A stretch of 64,000 nucleotides of DNA. Origin: a virus (Duplodnaviria; Caudoviricetes). Location: the IMG/VR virus record IMGVR_UViG_3300023119_000004, one strand, 5' to 3'. Below the pieces are notes generated by a model that was not told where the DNA came from, searched no databases, and saw only the letters and a program-made list of their open reading frames with translations. The translations under genes and the position numbers were made by a program. Every line of letters starts with the position of its first letter. The first letter of the stretch is position 1. This document shows positions 1 through 7,225 of the stretch, in pieces.

Positions 1-20
1 AAAAATCACTGCCGTTTTCA

Positions 21-120
21 CTGTGGATAAGTCTGTGGATAAGTCTGTGGATTCGTTGTGGATAGGTTGTGGATAACTCGTGATCTGTGGATAACTCTGT
101 GGATAACTCTGTGGATAAGT
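21..120 (-). repeat. Tandem DnaA-box array (8 boxes, 11-12 bp period)
   Basis: TGTGGATAA (reverse complement TTATCCACA, consensus DnaA box) is exact at 22, 34, 68, 86, 98 and 110, with variants at 46 (TGTGGATTC) and 57 (TGTGGATAG). All are in the same orientation; unit (C)TGTGGATAA(G/C)T. Confidence 0.9.
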
Positions 121-156
121 CTTCGCGAACCCTGCCTCTTTGTGTTCGTTCGGGGT

Positions 157-178
157 TAAGTCATTGATTATTAAGAGG
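157..178 (-). promoter_or_regulatory. IHF consensus site, left arm of a 22-bp inverted repeat
   Basis: 157-169 TAAGTCATTGATT is the reverse complement of AATCAATGACTTA, matching WATCAANNNNTTR. The arm matches 246-267 at 20/22. Confidence 0.65.
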
Positions 179-211
179 TTTTTGGTGTCGTTTGAACTCG
201 AACAAGAGAGG

Positions 212-239
212 GGTGCGTATAAGGTTTATTATGTTAAAT
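212..239 (+). other. dif-like XerC/XerD recombination site 1
   Basis: GGTGCGTATAA-GGTTTA-TTATGTTAAAT versus E. coli dif GGTGCGCATAA-TGTATA-TTATGTTAAAT: 25/28 identical, exact XerD arm, 6-bp spacer. Confidence 0.85.
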
Positions 240-245
240 TCAAGA

Positions 246-267
246 CCTGTTAAGAATCAATGACTTA
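246..267 (+). promoter_or_regulatory. IHF consensus site, right arm of inverted repeat
   Basis: AATCAATGACTTA at 255-267 matches WATCAANNNNTTR and lies between the two dif-like sites. Confidence 0.65.
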
Positions 268-285
268 CAGTTCAAAACCGAGCCA

Positions 286-313
286 TTTGCGTATATAATA
301 TATTATGTTAAAT
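286..313 (+). other. dif-like XerC/XerD recombination site 2 (direct repeat of site 1)
   Basis: TTTGCGTATAT-AATATA-TTATGTTAAAT: exact XerD arm, degenerate XerC arm with the TGCGTATA core; starts 74 bp after site 1. Confidence 0.7.
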
Positions 314-420
314 TCGAGGTGGGGCTGAATTTAATTTGATTTTTTGGCTATTTAGGGGTTGACTTTTGGAACCGTTGACCATATACTGTAAAGACAATGA
401 GGGATAAGAGGGAACAAGAT

Positions 421-927
421 ATGCAAGAATTGATGGCAGAATTGGCGAAGCGTAATGCAAAGACCGAGGCGTGGGTTGCTGAGGACCCTGCTAACCGTTG
501 GGCTGGACTATACTCAATGGACGAGGCGCATTGGAGGGAGCGTGGGATCACCAATTTGGTGGACTTTGAGCGTGACGAGTTGGCCACTTATATATACGAG
601 GGCCACAAGGACGCTTTTGGTGTCAAGGGTCGACATTACAATTTTGACTCAATGTCGCTAGAGGACCTTCGATCAGAGGCGGACTATATCAGTCGCTCTG
701 TGAAGGAGCAGATGGAGTTAGAGGCTGAAATGGAGCGTGAGGCCATGCGAAACTTTGAGGAGGCCGTCACCAAGTATGAGGCTATGGGGGCTGGCAGTCG
801 CGAGAATGCGATCCGTTGGTTGCTTCAAGCAGAGGGGTTGGAGAAGGAACATGACCCATCCTACATCTGCTATCACCTGGGGCTACCATATTCAATGGCC
901 AAGAAGTTCGAGGCCTTCACCGTATAG
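421..927 (+). CDS. Early hypothetical protein
   Basis: ORF 397..927; the start is moved to ATG 421 after the GAGGGA-type leader and own promoter; followed by a terminator. Confidence 0.8.
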   Translation: MQELMAELAKRNAKTEAWVAEDPANRWAGLYSMDEAHWRERGITNLVDFERDELATYIYEGHKDAFGVKGRHYNFDSMSLEDLRSEADYISRSVKEQMELEAEMEREAMRNFEEAVTKYEAMGAGSRENAIRWLLQAEGLEKEHDPSYICYHLGLPYSMAKKFEAFTV

Positions 928-984
928 GGAGTGAGTAGAAACACCGTTAGACCTGACCCCTACATATAAGATCAGGCGGGAAGA

Positions 985-1023
985 GAGAGGCGCCCTCGAG
1001 AAAGGCCTCTCATCTTTTTTTTT
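985..1023 (+). terminator. Rho-independent terminator
   Basis: Stem GAGAGGC/GCCTCTC (985-1011) followed by a 9-T tract. Confidence 0.75.
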
Positions 1024-1141
1024 GGGTATACTGAACCTTCAGGCACCTGGGGTGTATTGAACTCCGGTATCTACAATCTAATGCTAACGTTCCCGGCATT
1101 TTGGAAGATGTTGCTTTGCCCTCTTCCCTTATTGTTCTTAC

Positions 1142-1170
1142 AGTATACCTTCTTTTAGCCAAAAGGTCAA
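1142..1170 (-). promoter_or_regulatory. Leftward sigma70 promoter with no convincing gene
   Basis: Minus strand TTGACC-17 bp-TATACT. Confidence 0.65.
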
Positions 1171-1183
1171 CCTTTTTTTTGCC

Positions 1184-1204
1184 TGTGGATAACTCTGTGG
1201 ATAA
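1184..1204 (-). repeat. Second DnaA-box pair
   Basis: TGTGGATAA at 1184 and 1196, same 12-bp unit and orientation as the array at 21-120. Confidence 0.8.
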
Positions 1205-1235
1205 CCGGAATTCCGCCCATCGGGAGCGTAATTAT

Positions 1236-1264
1236 ATTATAACACATTTTGGACGAGATGTCAA
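1236..1264 (-). promoter_or_regulatory. Leftward perfect-consensus sigma70 promoter
   Basis: Minus strand TTGACA-17 bp-TATAAT; divergent from the + promoter at 1299. Confidence 0.75.
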
Positions 1265-1334
1265 CCAAAATAATTCAATTTTTTTTGCATTTTTTGGGTT
1301 GACATTTTGGTAAAAAGAGTCTATAATACGTAGT

Positions 1335-1676
1335 ATGTTAAACAATAAGAGAGCGATTGATATGTTAAAACTTACAAAATGCGGTTCAGAGATCAACGGT
1401 AATGAGTCTACTACTTTTTACAATGTAGAAGGTACTGTTAAACTTGCTATGGACGGTATCTGGGACTATAGCGGTAAAGATACTGTGACTGTTAATACTA
1501 TCACAGTTAATGAAGAAGAAGACGGTTATAAGCACATTAGCGTCACACACGATACAACGTGGGACATTTATACTGATAGCGGTTTTGAGTCTGCTATTAG
1601 CAAAGCACTCGGTTACGAGGTAGCATTTACAGAACAAGGTATGCAAGACAACGGTGTTGCTAGTTTAGAGATATAA
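1335..1676 (+). CDS. Early hypothetical protein
   Basis: 113-aa ORF behind a consensus promoter (the true start may be a few codons later). Confidence 0.75.
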   Translation: MLNNKRAIDMLKLTKCGSEINGNESTTFYNVEGTVKLAMDGIWDYSGKDTVTVNTITVNEEEDGYKHISVTHDTTWDIYTDSGFESAISKALGYEVAFTEQGMQDNGVASLEI

Positions 1677-1751
1677 CGGTAAAAAAGAGGTTGACAAATT
1701 GGTTTATGTGTGCTACAATGTACACATAAACTAAAAAATTGAGAGGGCAAT

Positions 1752-1952
1752 ATGAGAAAACAATTACAAATCGGCACAAAAATCAACTGCCGTTTCGGCG
1801 AGGCCAAGATCACAGCCATCGAACTTTGCGAACACGAAGGTGAGAAAGAAGGCATTCCTATGAAGAAGGTCTGGATCGATCTTAAGGATCGTTGCGTGTT
1901 CTCACTGGATAACGGTCATTGGCAGTACGGCTATCAGGTGGAGGCTGTATAA
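1752..1952 (+). CDS. Early hypothetical protein
   Basis: 66-aa ORF with promoter and GAGGGCA leader. Confidence 0.75.
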   Translation: MRKQLQIGTKINCRFGEAKITAIELCEHEGEKEGIPMKKVWIDLKDRCVFSLDNGHWQYGYQVEAV

Positions 1953-2611
1953 TGAAACGGACTTTACTTGCTACAGGCATCGTGCTGGCCATAACAACTT
2001 CGATGTCGGCTGGTGCTGAGAAACTTAAATCATTCGACCATGCGGCCGAGTTGACTTCGCAGGCCAAGACCATCCTATGGAGAGAACTAAACGAAGCGAA
2101 GGTTCCGGCTAAGGCACATAGAGATATTGTTTGCCTAGCAGAGAACATCTACTTTGAGTCTAGGGCAGAATCCATCGAGGGGAAGGCCGCGGTGGCCAAT
2201 GTGACACGAAACAGGGTCAACAGTGATCTGTTCCCTAATAACTATTGTGACGTGGTTCAACAGGGACCAGTGAGGGAATCATGGAAGACCAAGAAGGATC
2301 CCAACCTGGATGCAAAGGATCGGGTCTACTATCCCATCAAGCATCGTTGTCAGTTCTCATGGTACTGCGATGGTGCCAAGGATATCATCTGGGCTAACAA
2401 GGAACGATCAGGTAAGACTATTCAAGCAAATGCCAAGGCCTGGACCACTAGCGTAGAGGTTGCAATCTGGACCTTGGGCTACGGATCCTATCGTGTTAAT
2501 GACAACACCGAGGGAGCCCTATGGTATTATGCACACAACCTAGTCTATCCTAACTGGGCAGATGAAAAGACTACCACAGCAATCATAGGTAATCACACAT
2601 TTCAAAAGTGA
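1952..2611 (+). CDS. Cell wall hydrolase, SleB/Hydrolase_2 family, with signal peptide
   Basis: CLAENIYFESRAE..GKAAVANVTRNRV, CQFSWYCDG and IGNHTF motifs; hydrophobic N-terminus MKRTLLATGIVLA. Confidence 0.85.
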   Translation: MKRTLLATGIVLAITTSMSAGAEKLKSFDHAAELTSQAKTILWRELNEAKVPAKAHRDIVCLAENIYFESRAESIEGKAAVANVTRNRVNSDLFPNNYCDVVQQGPVRESWKTKKDPNLDAKDRVYYPIKHRCQFSWYCDGAKDIIWANKERSGKTIQANAKAWTTSVEVAIWTLGYGSYRVNDNTEGALWYYAHNLVYPNWADEKTTTAIIGNHTFQK

Positions 2612-2690
2612 GTATTTTGGAAAATAAATGGTTGACTTTTGGTTTAGTTGATGTTATTATATACACATAAACTAAAAAAACGGAGGGCAT

Positions 2691-3062
2691 ATGACATTTT
2701 ACGTTTATCACAAAACAGACTCAAGAATTGCTACTGGTAAGGGCAATACGCATTACGGTCAGCACGAATACAACACAGAAGGTCAAGCAAAAGCGGCGAT
2801 CACTCGTATTGTAAAGAAGGCTCAAGCAAAGCATGATCGTCTAAAGGCAAGCGAATACAGTTGGGATAATGAAAGAGCACAAGAGGCTCTAGATCGTGTG
2901 GCGGATCTTGCTATTGCTGAAAGCGGACACTATCATCAGCACATTGAGCGATATGAAACTGTTTACAGCATCTTTGATCACAATCGTGAGAATCCAATTA
3001 GAGAGAGCGTGAATACCCCGCACTACATGAGCCCCTCATCAGAAACATATTGGTCAATGTAA
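2691..3062 (+). CDS. Early hypothetical protein
   Basis: 123-aa ORF with promoter and GAGGGCA leader. Confidence 0.75.
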   Translation: MTFYVYHKTDSRIATGKGNTHYGQHEYNTEGQAKAAITRIVKKAQAKHDRLKASEYSWDNERAQEALDRVADLAIAESGHYHQHIERYETVYSIFDHNRENPIRESVNTPHYMSPSSETYWSM

Positions 3063-3124
3063 AAAATTGGTTGACAGTATAGCATTTCGGTGCTATACTG
3101 TAAACATAATGAAAGAGAGGGTAT

Positions 3125-3340
3125 ATGAGCAAGACTAAAAATTGGTTAATGGATCAAGAAGAAGAATTCTACTCAATCGCTGATGGGGTGATCGGTGAGT
3201 GTGAGGAGTTGGGTGAATTTGTTGCAAAAATGCAACACCACTCAGATAAGGTTGAATGGACACTAGATCAAGAGGTCGGTGAGAGATTCGAAGATCTATG
3301 TGGTGATCTTTGGAGTGAATATTGGTCAAAATATTTGTAA
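3125..3340 (+). CDS. Small acidic early protein
   Basis: 71-aa ORF with own promoter. Confidence 0.7.
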   Translation: MSKTKNWLMDQEEEFYSIADGVIGECEELGEFVAKMQHHSDKVEWTLDQEVGERFEDLCGDLWSEYWSKYL

Positions 3341-3408
3341 AAAAATGGTTGACTTTTGGTTTAAGAGACTGTATAGTATACATATAAACTAAACAAATGA
3401 GGGCAATT

Positions 3409-3606
3409 ATGAAAACACTTTTTAATTCAATAGCAGGTCTACTACTAATAGGTGGCTTGATTATGATGGCAGGTTCAGCAGGTGACTGTGATGGTCATTG
3501 TGGACCGGGCAATACAATCAGCGAGATGCTGATGATAGCAGGCGTAGGTCTAGCGTTCTTCGTGACTGGTGCCGCAATTCTAATTTCTAACTCACAGGAG
3601 GCGTAA
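3409..3606 (+). CDS. Small two-TM membrane protein
   Basis: Two hydrophobic stretches flanking GDCDGHC; start after GAGGGCA at 3399. Confidence 0.7.
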   Translation: MKTLFNSIAGLLLIGGLIMMAGSAGDCDGHCGPGNTISEMLMIAGVGLAFFVTGAAILISNSQEA

Positions 3607-3834
3607 ATGAAACTTTCAATTCAAGGTTCAAACATGACAGAGATCACAACCGCTCGAGGTAACAAGGTTCTCTACTCATACGAAACGCCAGTTGCTGGAT
3701 GGACCGAACAAGGTGCATTCCGAACTGAAGAGAAGTTCTCGGTGACTACTAGCAAACACATCAACAAATACCTAGGTGGTAAGGATGTGGGCAAGGTAGT
3801 TCCCCAGAAGTGGATCGAAGGGTTGGTCCAATAA
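3607..3834 (+). CDS. Conserved phage hypothetical protein
   Basis: 75-aa ORF (VLYSYETPVAG...TTSKHINKYL), abutting its neighbours. Confidence 0.75.
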   Translation: MKLSIQGSNMTEITTARGNKVLYSYETPVAGWTEQGAFRTEEKFSVTTSKHINKYLGGKDVGKVVPQKWIEGLVQ

Positions 3835-4025
3835 TGAAAAAGATTCTACTCATAGTGGCCCTGGTCAGTCTAACTGGCTGTGGGACTATGAGCGGGAGAG
3901 ATGTGATCAAAAGCATTAACCTTGCCAAGAACGCATCTATGATCACCAAAGCAGGAGTAGAAGAGTCTGTGATTACCAAAACCAAAGACATCTTCGATCC
4001 GGCCAGAGGTGGTGGAAAATGGTAA
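3834..4025 (+). CDS. Small lipoprotein
   Basis: MKKILLIVALVSLTGC: basic N-terminus, hydrophobic core, LTGC lipobox. Confidence 0.7.
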   Translation: MKKILLIVALVSLTGCGTMSGRDVIKSINLAKNASMITKAGVEESVITKTKDIFDPARGGGKW

Positions 4026-4103
4026 AGATATTGGTTGACTTTCATTCCAATCTTTGCTATAATATATAAACAATGAAAGAATAGGCTAAGGAGGCTAAAA
4101 CAA

Positions 4104-4418
4104 ATGACTGATAAACTATATACCGTAGCAGGCACATCGATGTCAAATGGTAAGACCAAAGTAAGGTTCGCGAATGACTATGTAGGTAGATTCAAGATCC
4201 TGACTAAGAATGGTCATGAAAACATCAATCTAGTAGAGTTGGACCAGCCAATGAGTAAGGCTGACGTTTGCAAGTTTTTGCAGGCATCTGATAAGTTCCA
4301 AGACGAAGCATCACAATCTGCGATTGCTGAGTTCGTTGTAAGAAACATCAAGGTAGCACCTGCAACAGCACCTGCACCAACACCAGTAGCAGAAACAGTA
4401 GAACCAGAAGTAGCATAA
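4104..4418 (+). CDS. Early hypothetical protein with Pro/Ala-rich tail
   Basis: 104-aa ORF behind a consensus promoter. Confidence 0.75.
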   Translation: MTDKLYTVAGTSMSNGKTKVRFANDYVGRFKILTKNGHENINLVELDQPMSKADVCKFLQASDKFQDEASQSAIAEFVVRNIKVAPATAPAPTPVAETVEPEVA

Positions 4419-4510
4419 GGTTCGGCACCATTAGGGGTTGACAACAACCCCTAGGTGTGCTATATTAAAACATCATTAGAAGACAATCAATAGAAGGAAC
4501 CGGAATTATC

Positions 4511-4596
4511 GCCCCTGTGGTGGAATTGGTAGACACAAGGGACTTAAAATCCCTCGCTGATATGGCGTGCCGGTTCGAGTCCGGCTGGGGGCACCA
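4511..4596 (+). tRNA. tRNA-Leu (UAA)
   Basis: Acceptor GCCCCTG/TGGGGGC, anticodon arm AGGGA-CTTAAAA-TCCCT, long variable arm, GGTTCGAGTCC T-arm, encoded CCA. Confidence 0.95.
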
Positions 4597-4608
4597 ATTC
4601 ATACATAT

Positions 4609-4686
4609 CTGCCCGTAGTTCAGTTGGATTAGAACAACGGTCTTCTAAACCGTAGGTCGCAGGTTCGAGTCCTGCCGGGCAGGCCA
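4609..4686 (+). tRNA. tRNA-Arg (UCU)
   Basis: Acceptor CTGCCCG/CGGGCAG, anticodon arm ACGGT-CTTCTAA-ACCGT, GGTTCGAGTCC T-arm, encoded CCA. Confidence 0.95.
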
Positions 4687-4690
4687 ATTC

Positions 4691-4780
4691 GTGGCATCAG
4701 AAGATGTCACACTCGGGAGATCAGTGGACAGCCTGATCTTGCCTAAGACAGTCGGTGGGGGTCTTAGAGCACTTTTTTTA
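4691..4780 (+). ncRNA. Candidate structured RNA: three consecutive hairpins after tRNA-Arg
   Basis: Stems GTGGCATC/GATGTCAC, GAGATCAG/CTGATCTT and CTAAGAC/GTCTTAG, then a T-tract. Confidence 0.45.
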
Positions 4781-4843
4781 ATTTTTCGGTTGACAAATTG
4801 GATAGACCGTGCTATTGTAATAGTATAGCAAGAGGAGATCAAG

Positions 4844-5032
4844 ATGCTAAATGTTCATTTCGTTAACCGTGGATACAAAACAGATGATGGATTCAAGAAC
4901 GTGGGTCTAATCAAATTGGACGTTTGTGAGTATACCCAGACTCCTAAAGCACTTATAGAATCACCATACTTCCCAGGAGACACACTTTGGGCTCGTTTTG
5001 AGGGCACTGAATGGGTGTGTGATTTGGATTAA
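4844..5032 (+). CDS. Early hypothetical protein
   Basis: 62-aa ORF with promoter and AGGAG RBS. Confidence 0.7.
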   Translation: MLNVHFVNRGYKTDDGFKNVGLIKLDVCEYTQTPKALIESPYFPGDTLWARFEGTEWVCDLD

Positions 5033-5100
5033 ATTAGGGGTTGACATCCCGTCCAAAAGACTGTATAGTGTAACTATAAACTAAAAAGAAAGAGGGCAAA

Positions 5101-5274
5101 ATGTTAGAGTTAATTGGTTTAATTGCAATCGCATTCGTTATCGTAAAGTTCTTCCCAGACATCATGTTGTTTGCTGTGAAGGCTGGCGTGGTTCTGATCA
5201 TGCTGTATTTCCTACTAGGTGGTCTACTTTGGATCTTTGGTAGTTCAATTGCGGTCCACATCAATACATTTTAA
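5101..5274 (+). CDS. 57-aa membrane protein (below the ORF-track cutoff)
   Basis: Hand translation MLELIGLIAIAFVIVKFFPDIMLFAVKAGVVLIMLYFLLGGLLWIFGSSIAVHINTF; promoter at 5041 and GAGGGCA at 5092. Confidence 0.8.
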   Translation: MLELIGLIAIAFVIVKFFPDIMLFAVKAGVVLIMLYFLLGGLLWIFGSSIAVHINTF

Positions 5275-5338
5275 TGGTTGACAAACGAATCAAAAGAGTG
5301 TATTATATAAACATAAACTAAAAAAGCAGGAGGGCACA

Positions 5339-5575
5339 ATGGCAACAGATTTGAAATCACACGCACAGGACGTATCATTGACACGGTTCTGGGGCGGAGA
5401 GAAACGCGGAGTATGCGTTCAGGTTACAGCCAAGAGAGCAAGTTCACAACCTACGGGTTTGTTACCCGACACTGGGTTCGAAACAGTTCAGTTGACAAAA
5501 GCACAAGCGGCGGCATTGGCGGCTGACTTGTTGGACTTTGCACAGAACAGAGAAGTTGAACATTTTGGCGAATAA
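5339..5575 (+). CDS. Early hypothetical protein
   Basis: 78-aa ORF with promoter and GAGGGCA leader. Confidence 0.75.
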   Translation: MATDLKSHAQDVSLTRFWGGEKRGVCVQVTAKRASSQPTGLLPDTGFETVQLTKAQAAALAADLLDFAQNREVEHFGE

Positions 5576-5640
5576 GTACTTGACATTTAAATCCGTAGAC
5601 TGTATAGTATACATATAATTTAATTAACAGAGAGGGCAAT

Positions 5641-6642
5641 ATGAAATCCATTAGAATCAAATCAGGCAGTTACAAGATCCGAGGCAAGGACGTAGAACTA
5701 AGCGGCATGGTGTTTCCACTAGTCGAAGAGTTCAAGGTTGGTGCCCAGGGTGGTTACGTAACTGTAGACGGAACTGCTGTAGCAGGCTTTCCAGATCGTA
5801 ACATCAAGATCAAAGTTAACAGCGCCGACGACTACGAAGCGACAAGTGCAAAGGTAACAGCACGAGAAGAGTCGGACGAAGAGACCATGGAGCGAATCGC
5901 AGAGCGATTTGATATCCTAGAAGACATGACACGTGCCGCCAAGAAAGGTGATGTACGTGCAATGATCGTAACAGGCCCTCCGGGTGTTGGTAAGTCGTTT
6001 GGTGTAGAGAAAGTGCTAGGCAAGCACGATCTGATCAGCACACTAGGTGAGCGTCCTCCCAAGTATCAAGTTGTCAAGGGTGCAATGTCAGCAATTGGAC
6101 TCTACTGTAAACTGTACAACTACGCGGACAAGGACAACGTACTAGTGTTTGATGACTGTGACTCAGTACTACAGGATGACCTTTCACTTAATATTTTGAA
6201 AGCCGCACTTGATTCAAAGAAGACTAGAATGATTCACTGGAATACGGATTCATTCAAGTTGCGTAACGAAGGCGTGCCTGATTCATTCGAGTTCAAGGGT
6301 TCATGCATATTCATTACCAACATCAAGTTCGACAACGTTAAGAGCAAGAAACTGCGTGATCACCTGGAAGCAATTGAATCACGTTGCCACTACATTGATC
6401 TTACAATCGACACAGAACGAGAGAAGATGTTGCGTATCAAGCAGATCGTTAGAGATGGTATGCTGGATCAGCACGAACTAAGTGAAGAAACACATCAGGC
6501 AGTTGTGGACTTCATTGACATTAATAAAAAGAAATTACGTGAGTTGAGTCTAAGGACTGTGCTCAAAGTAGCCGACTTAGCCAAAGCGTTCCCTGCTAAA
6601 TGGGAAGCGATGGCTGAGAATACTGTTCTGAAACGAGCCTAA
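5641..6642 (+). CDS. AAA+ family P-loop ATPase
   Basis: Walker A GPPGVGKS, Walker B VLVFDDCD, FITN and ESR motifs. Confidence 0.85.
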   Translation: MKSIRIKSGSYKIRGKDVELSGMVFPLVEEFKVGAQGGYVTVDGTAVAGFPDRNIKIKVNSADDYEATSAKVTAREESDEETMERIAERFDILEDMTRAAKKGDVRAMIVTGPPGVGKSFGVEKVLGKHDLISTLGERPPKYQVVKGAMSAIGLYCKLYNYADKDNVLVFDDCDSVLQDDLSLNILKAALDSKKTRMIHWNTDSFKLRNEGVPDSFEFKGSCIFITNIKFDNVKSKKLRDHLEAIESRCHYIDLTIDTEREKMLRIKQIVRDGMLDQHELSEETHQAVVDFIDINKKKLRELSLRTVLKVADLAKAFPAKWEAMAENTVLKRA

Positions 6643-6709
6643 TCACTGCCCTCAACCTGGCTCTGAGCAGTATTAGAACCCCTGGGATGTGCCCTCGTCC
6701 TGGGGGTTC
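6640..6709 (+). ncRNA. Double-hairpin element with TGCCCTC loop (copy A)
   Basis: 12-bp stem 6676-6709 with loop TGTGCCCTCG; the upstream hairpin carries a 17-mer shared exactly with 8317-8333. Confidence 0.4.
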
Positions 6710-6809
6710 ACCTTGACAAAAACTCCATAAAATATAGGCAAATTAGGGGTTGACATTTTGGATCTTTGAGTGCATAATGTATATACACACTAAGGAAAAG
6801 AGGGCAAAT

Positions 6810-7145
6810 ATGCAAGACACATACGTAGTAAACAAGTTCAAGGCAGGCGAAGTACATTTCCAAAACGGCGCCGCAGGTTGGTTGTTTGATAACGGTGAGT
6901 TCCGTCCACTAATGGATGACGCCATGGAGCAACTTCTAGAAGCAGGATTGGTTGATCAAGCAACAGTAGAGATCACAGCACAAGCCAGAGACGTGTACAC
7001 AGAGAAGAGTATCCGTGAGTACATCGAAGCACAGCGTAACCGTACCCAAGAGCAGATCGCAGAAGAGCGTTTTGAAGCAAGAGCGGCTATGGGACCAGGC
7101 GTTGAAATGGTTAACATCATAACAGGAGAACGATACACAACCTAA
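6810..7145 (+). CDS. Early hypothetical protein
   Basis: Start moved to ATG 6810 after the promoter at 6750 and GAGGGCA at 6800. Confidence 0.75.
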   Translation: MQDTYVVNKFKAGEVHFQNGAAGWLFDNGEFRPLMDDAMEQLLEAGLVDQATVEITAQARDVYTEKSIREYIEAQRNRTQEQIAEERFEARAAMGPGVEMVNIITGERYTT

Positions 7146-7225
7146 GGGTTGTGTGTTTTTTGGTTGACATTTGAAGGTGTTGACTGTATTATAATACTAT
7201 AAACTAACAAAGAGGGCTAAACATT

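Larger units (their letters stand above)
359..7192 (+). promoter_or_regulatory. Set of 14 sigma70-type early promoters
   Basis: TTGAC(A/T) -35 at 359, 1299, 1691, 2632, 3071, 3349, 4035, 4438, 4790, 5041, 5278, 5580, 6750 and 7164. Each is exactly 17 bp from a TATAAT-like -10 (TATACT, TATAAT, TACAAT, TATTAT, TATAGT etc.) and sits just upstream of a gene or tRNA. Confidence 0.9.

Noticed and set aside
21-120. CRISPR array
   Set aside because: The 11-12 bp units abut with no unique spacers and no cas genes; DnaA boxes explain them.
348-587. 79-aa minus-strand ORF
   Set aside because: Antisense to an early gene and across its promoter; no supporting signals.
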